Shown in pieces: positions 63,529 to 64,000 of a stretch of 64,000 nucleotides of DNA (position 1 is the first letter of the stretch; every line of letters starts with the position of its first letter). Both the position numbers and the translations under genes were made by a program. The notes under the pieces are model-generated. The model was given only the letters and a program-made list of their open reading frames with translations. It made no database searches and was not told where the DNA came from. The stretch lies in IMG/VR virus record IMGVR_UViG_3300047472_000155, positions 64,001 through 128,000 of that record. The stretch is one strand, 5' to 3'. This DNA is from a virus.

Positions 63529-63567
63529 GATTCACGGTAGTTAAGTATGATGTGACAAATGTCACTC

Positions 63568-63596
63568 TTGACAAGCGAGAGATAAAATGATATAAT
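63568..63596 (+). promoter_or_regulatory. sigmaA promoter of the nrd operon with the operator in its spacer
   Basis: TTGACA agcgagagataaaatga TATAAT. Confidence 0.85.
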
Positions 63597-63607
63597 TACA
63601 GGACTAT

Positions 63608-63646
63608 AGAAGGTTGACCCCTTAAAAGGTTAACCTTCTCTTTTTA
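63608..63646 (+). terminator. leader terminator-like hairpin between the promoter and nrdI
   Basis: AGAAGGTTGACC-ccttaaaa-GGTTAACCTTCT followed by CTTTTT. Confidence 0.65.
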
Positions 63647-63675
63647 TCTCTACTTACACAGAAAGGGAGAAAGAC

Positions 63676-64000
63676 ATGTTGATAGCTTATAATTCTCTTA
63701 CAGGAAATGTAAGAAGATTTGTTAATAAGTTGGAAATGGATATGATAGAAGTTAATCCAACACTAGAGATCAAAGAGAAGTTTGTATTGGTCACTTTTAC
63801 TGTAGGATTTGGCAAGGTGTCCAATAAGGTTATAGACTTCTTGAATTACAAAGATAATTACAAGAACATGATTGGTGTGTCATCAAGTGGGAACCGAAAT
63901 TGGGGAGACAATTTTGCAAAAGCATCCGATATAATTTCTCAATTATATGATGTGCCAATTGTATCAAAGTTTGAATTAGCAGGAATACAAAAAGATGTAG
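63676..64000 (+). CDS. nrdI: NrdI flavodoxin of class Ib ribonucleotide reductase (runs off the window end)
   Basis: manual translation MLIAYNSLTGNVRRFV.KL...VLVTFT.GFG.V...GVSSSGNRNWGDNFAKA.D.IS..Y.VP...KFELAG. Confidence 0.92.
   Translation, partial: MLIAYNSLTGNVRRFVNKLEMDMIEVNPTLEIKEKFVLVTFTVGFGKVSNKVIDFLNYKDNYKNMIGVSSSGNRNWGDNFAKASDIISQLYDVPIVSKFELAGIQKDV

Overview
A 64-kb, AT-rich, gene-dense window in which almost every gene is on the + strand. It most likely comes from a large SPbeta-related Firmicutes (Bacillus/Paenibacillus-type) phage or prophage. No virion, packaging, tRNA or CRISPR features were seen. Layout: (i) ~0-18 kb, an early/accessory region of small ORFs plus a PcrA/UvrD helicase, two HNH nucleases and a DUF262 protein; (ii) ~18.5-20.3 kb, a YopQ-like/YopR(MrpR)-like repressor pair; (iii) two tandem atypical protein kinases; (iv) ~23.4-32.6 kb, a NAD-salvage and RNA-repair island (YqeY, PnuC, NadR, an ACP-like protein, Rnl1, Pnk-HD, an RlmN-like radical SAM enzyme, Rnl2, CCA-adding enzyme); (v) ~39-64 kb, an SPbeta-like replication module (SSB, Sak4-like ATPase, DnaB-like helicase, primase, RecJ, start of nrdI) interrupted by accessory genes including a DNA methyltransferase and a GH26-PA14 glycosidase. 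The most notable unexplained signals are: seven perfect TAGATAAAA-N6-TTTTATCTA palindromes that sit at gene boundaries and bracket members of dispersed paralog families (candidate cassette-shuffling system); a related operator motif that fills the spacers of sigmaA promoters; a family of ~60-nt hairpins directly after stop codons; an RNA repair operon with an embedded radical-SAM methyltransferase; a Ser-less ACP mimic; and an unannotated BrfA/ArfA-like small protein. All family assignments come from motifs read by eye, not from database searches.
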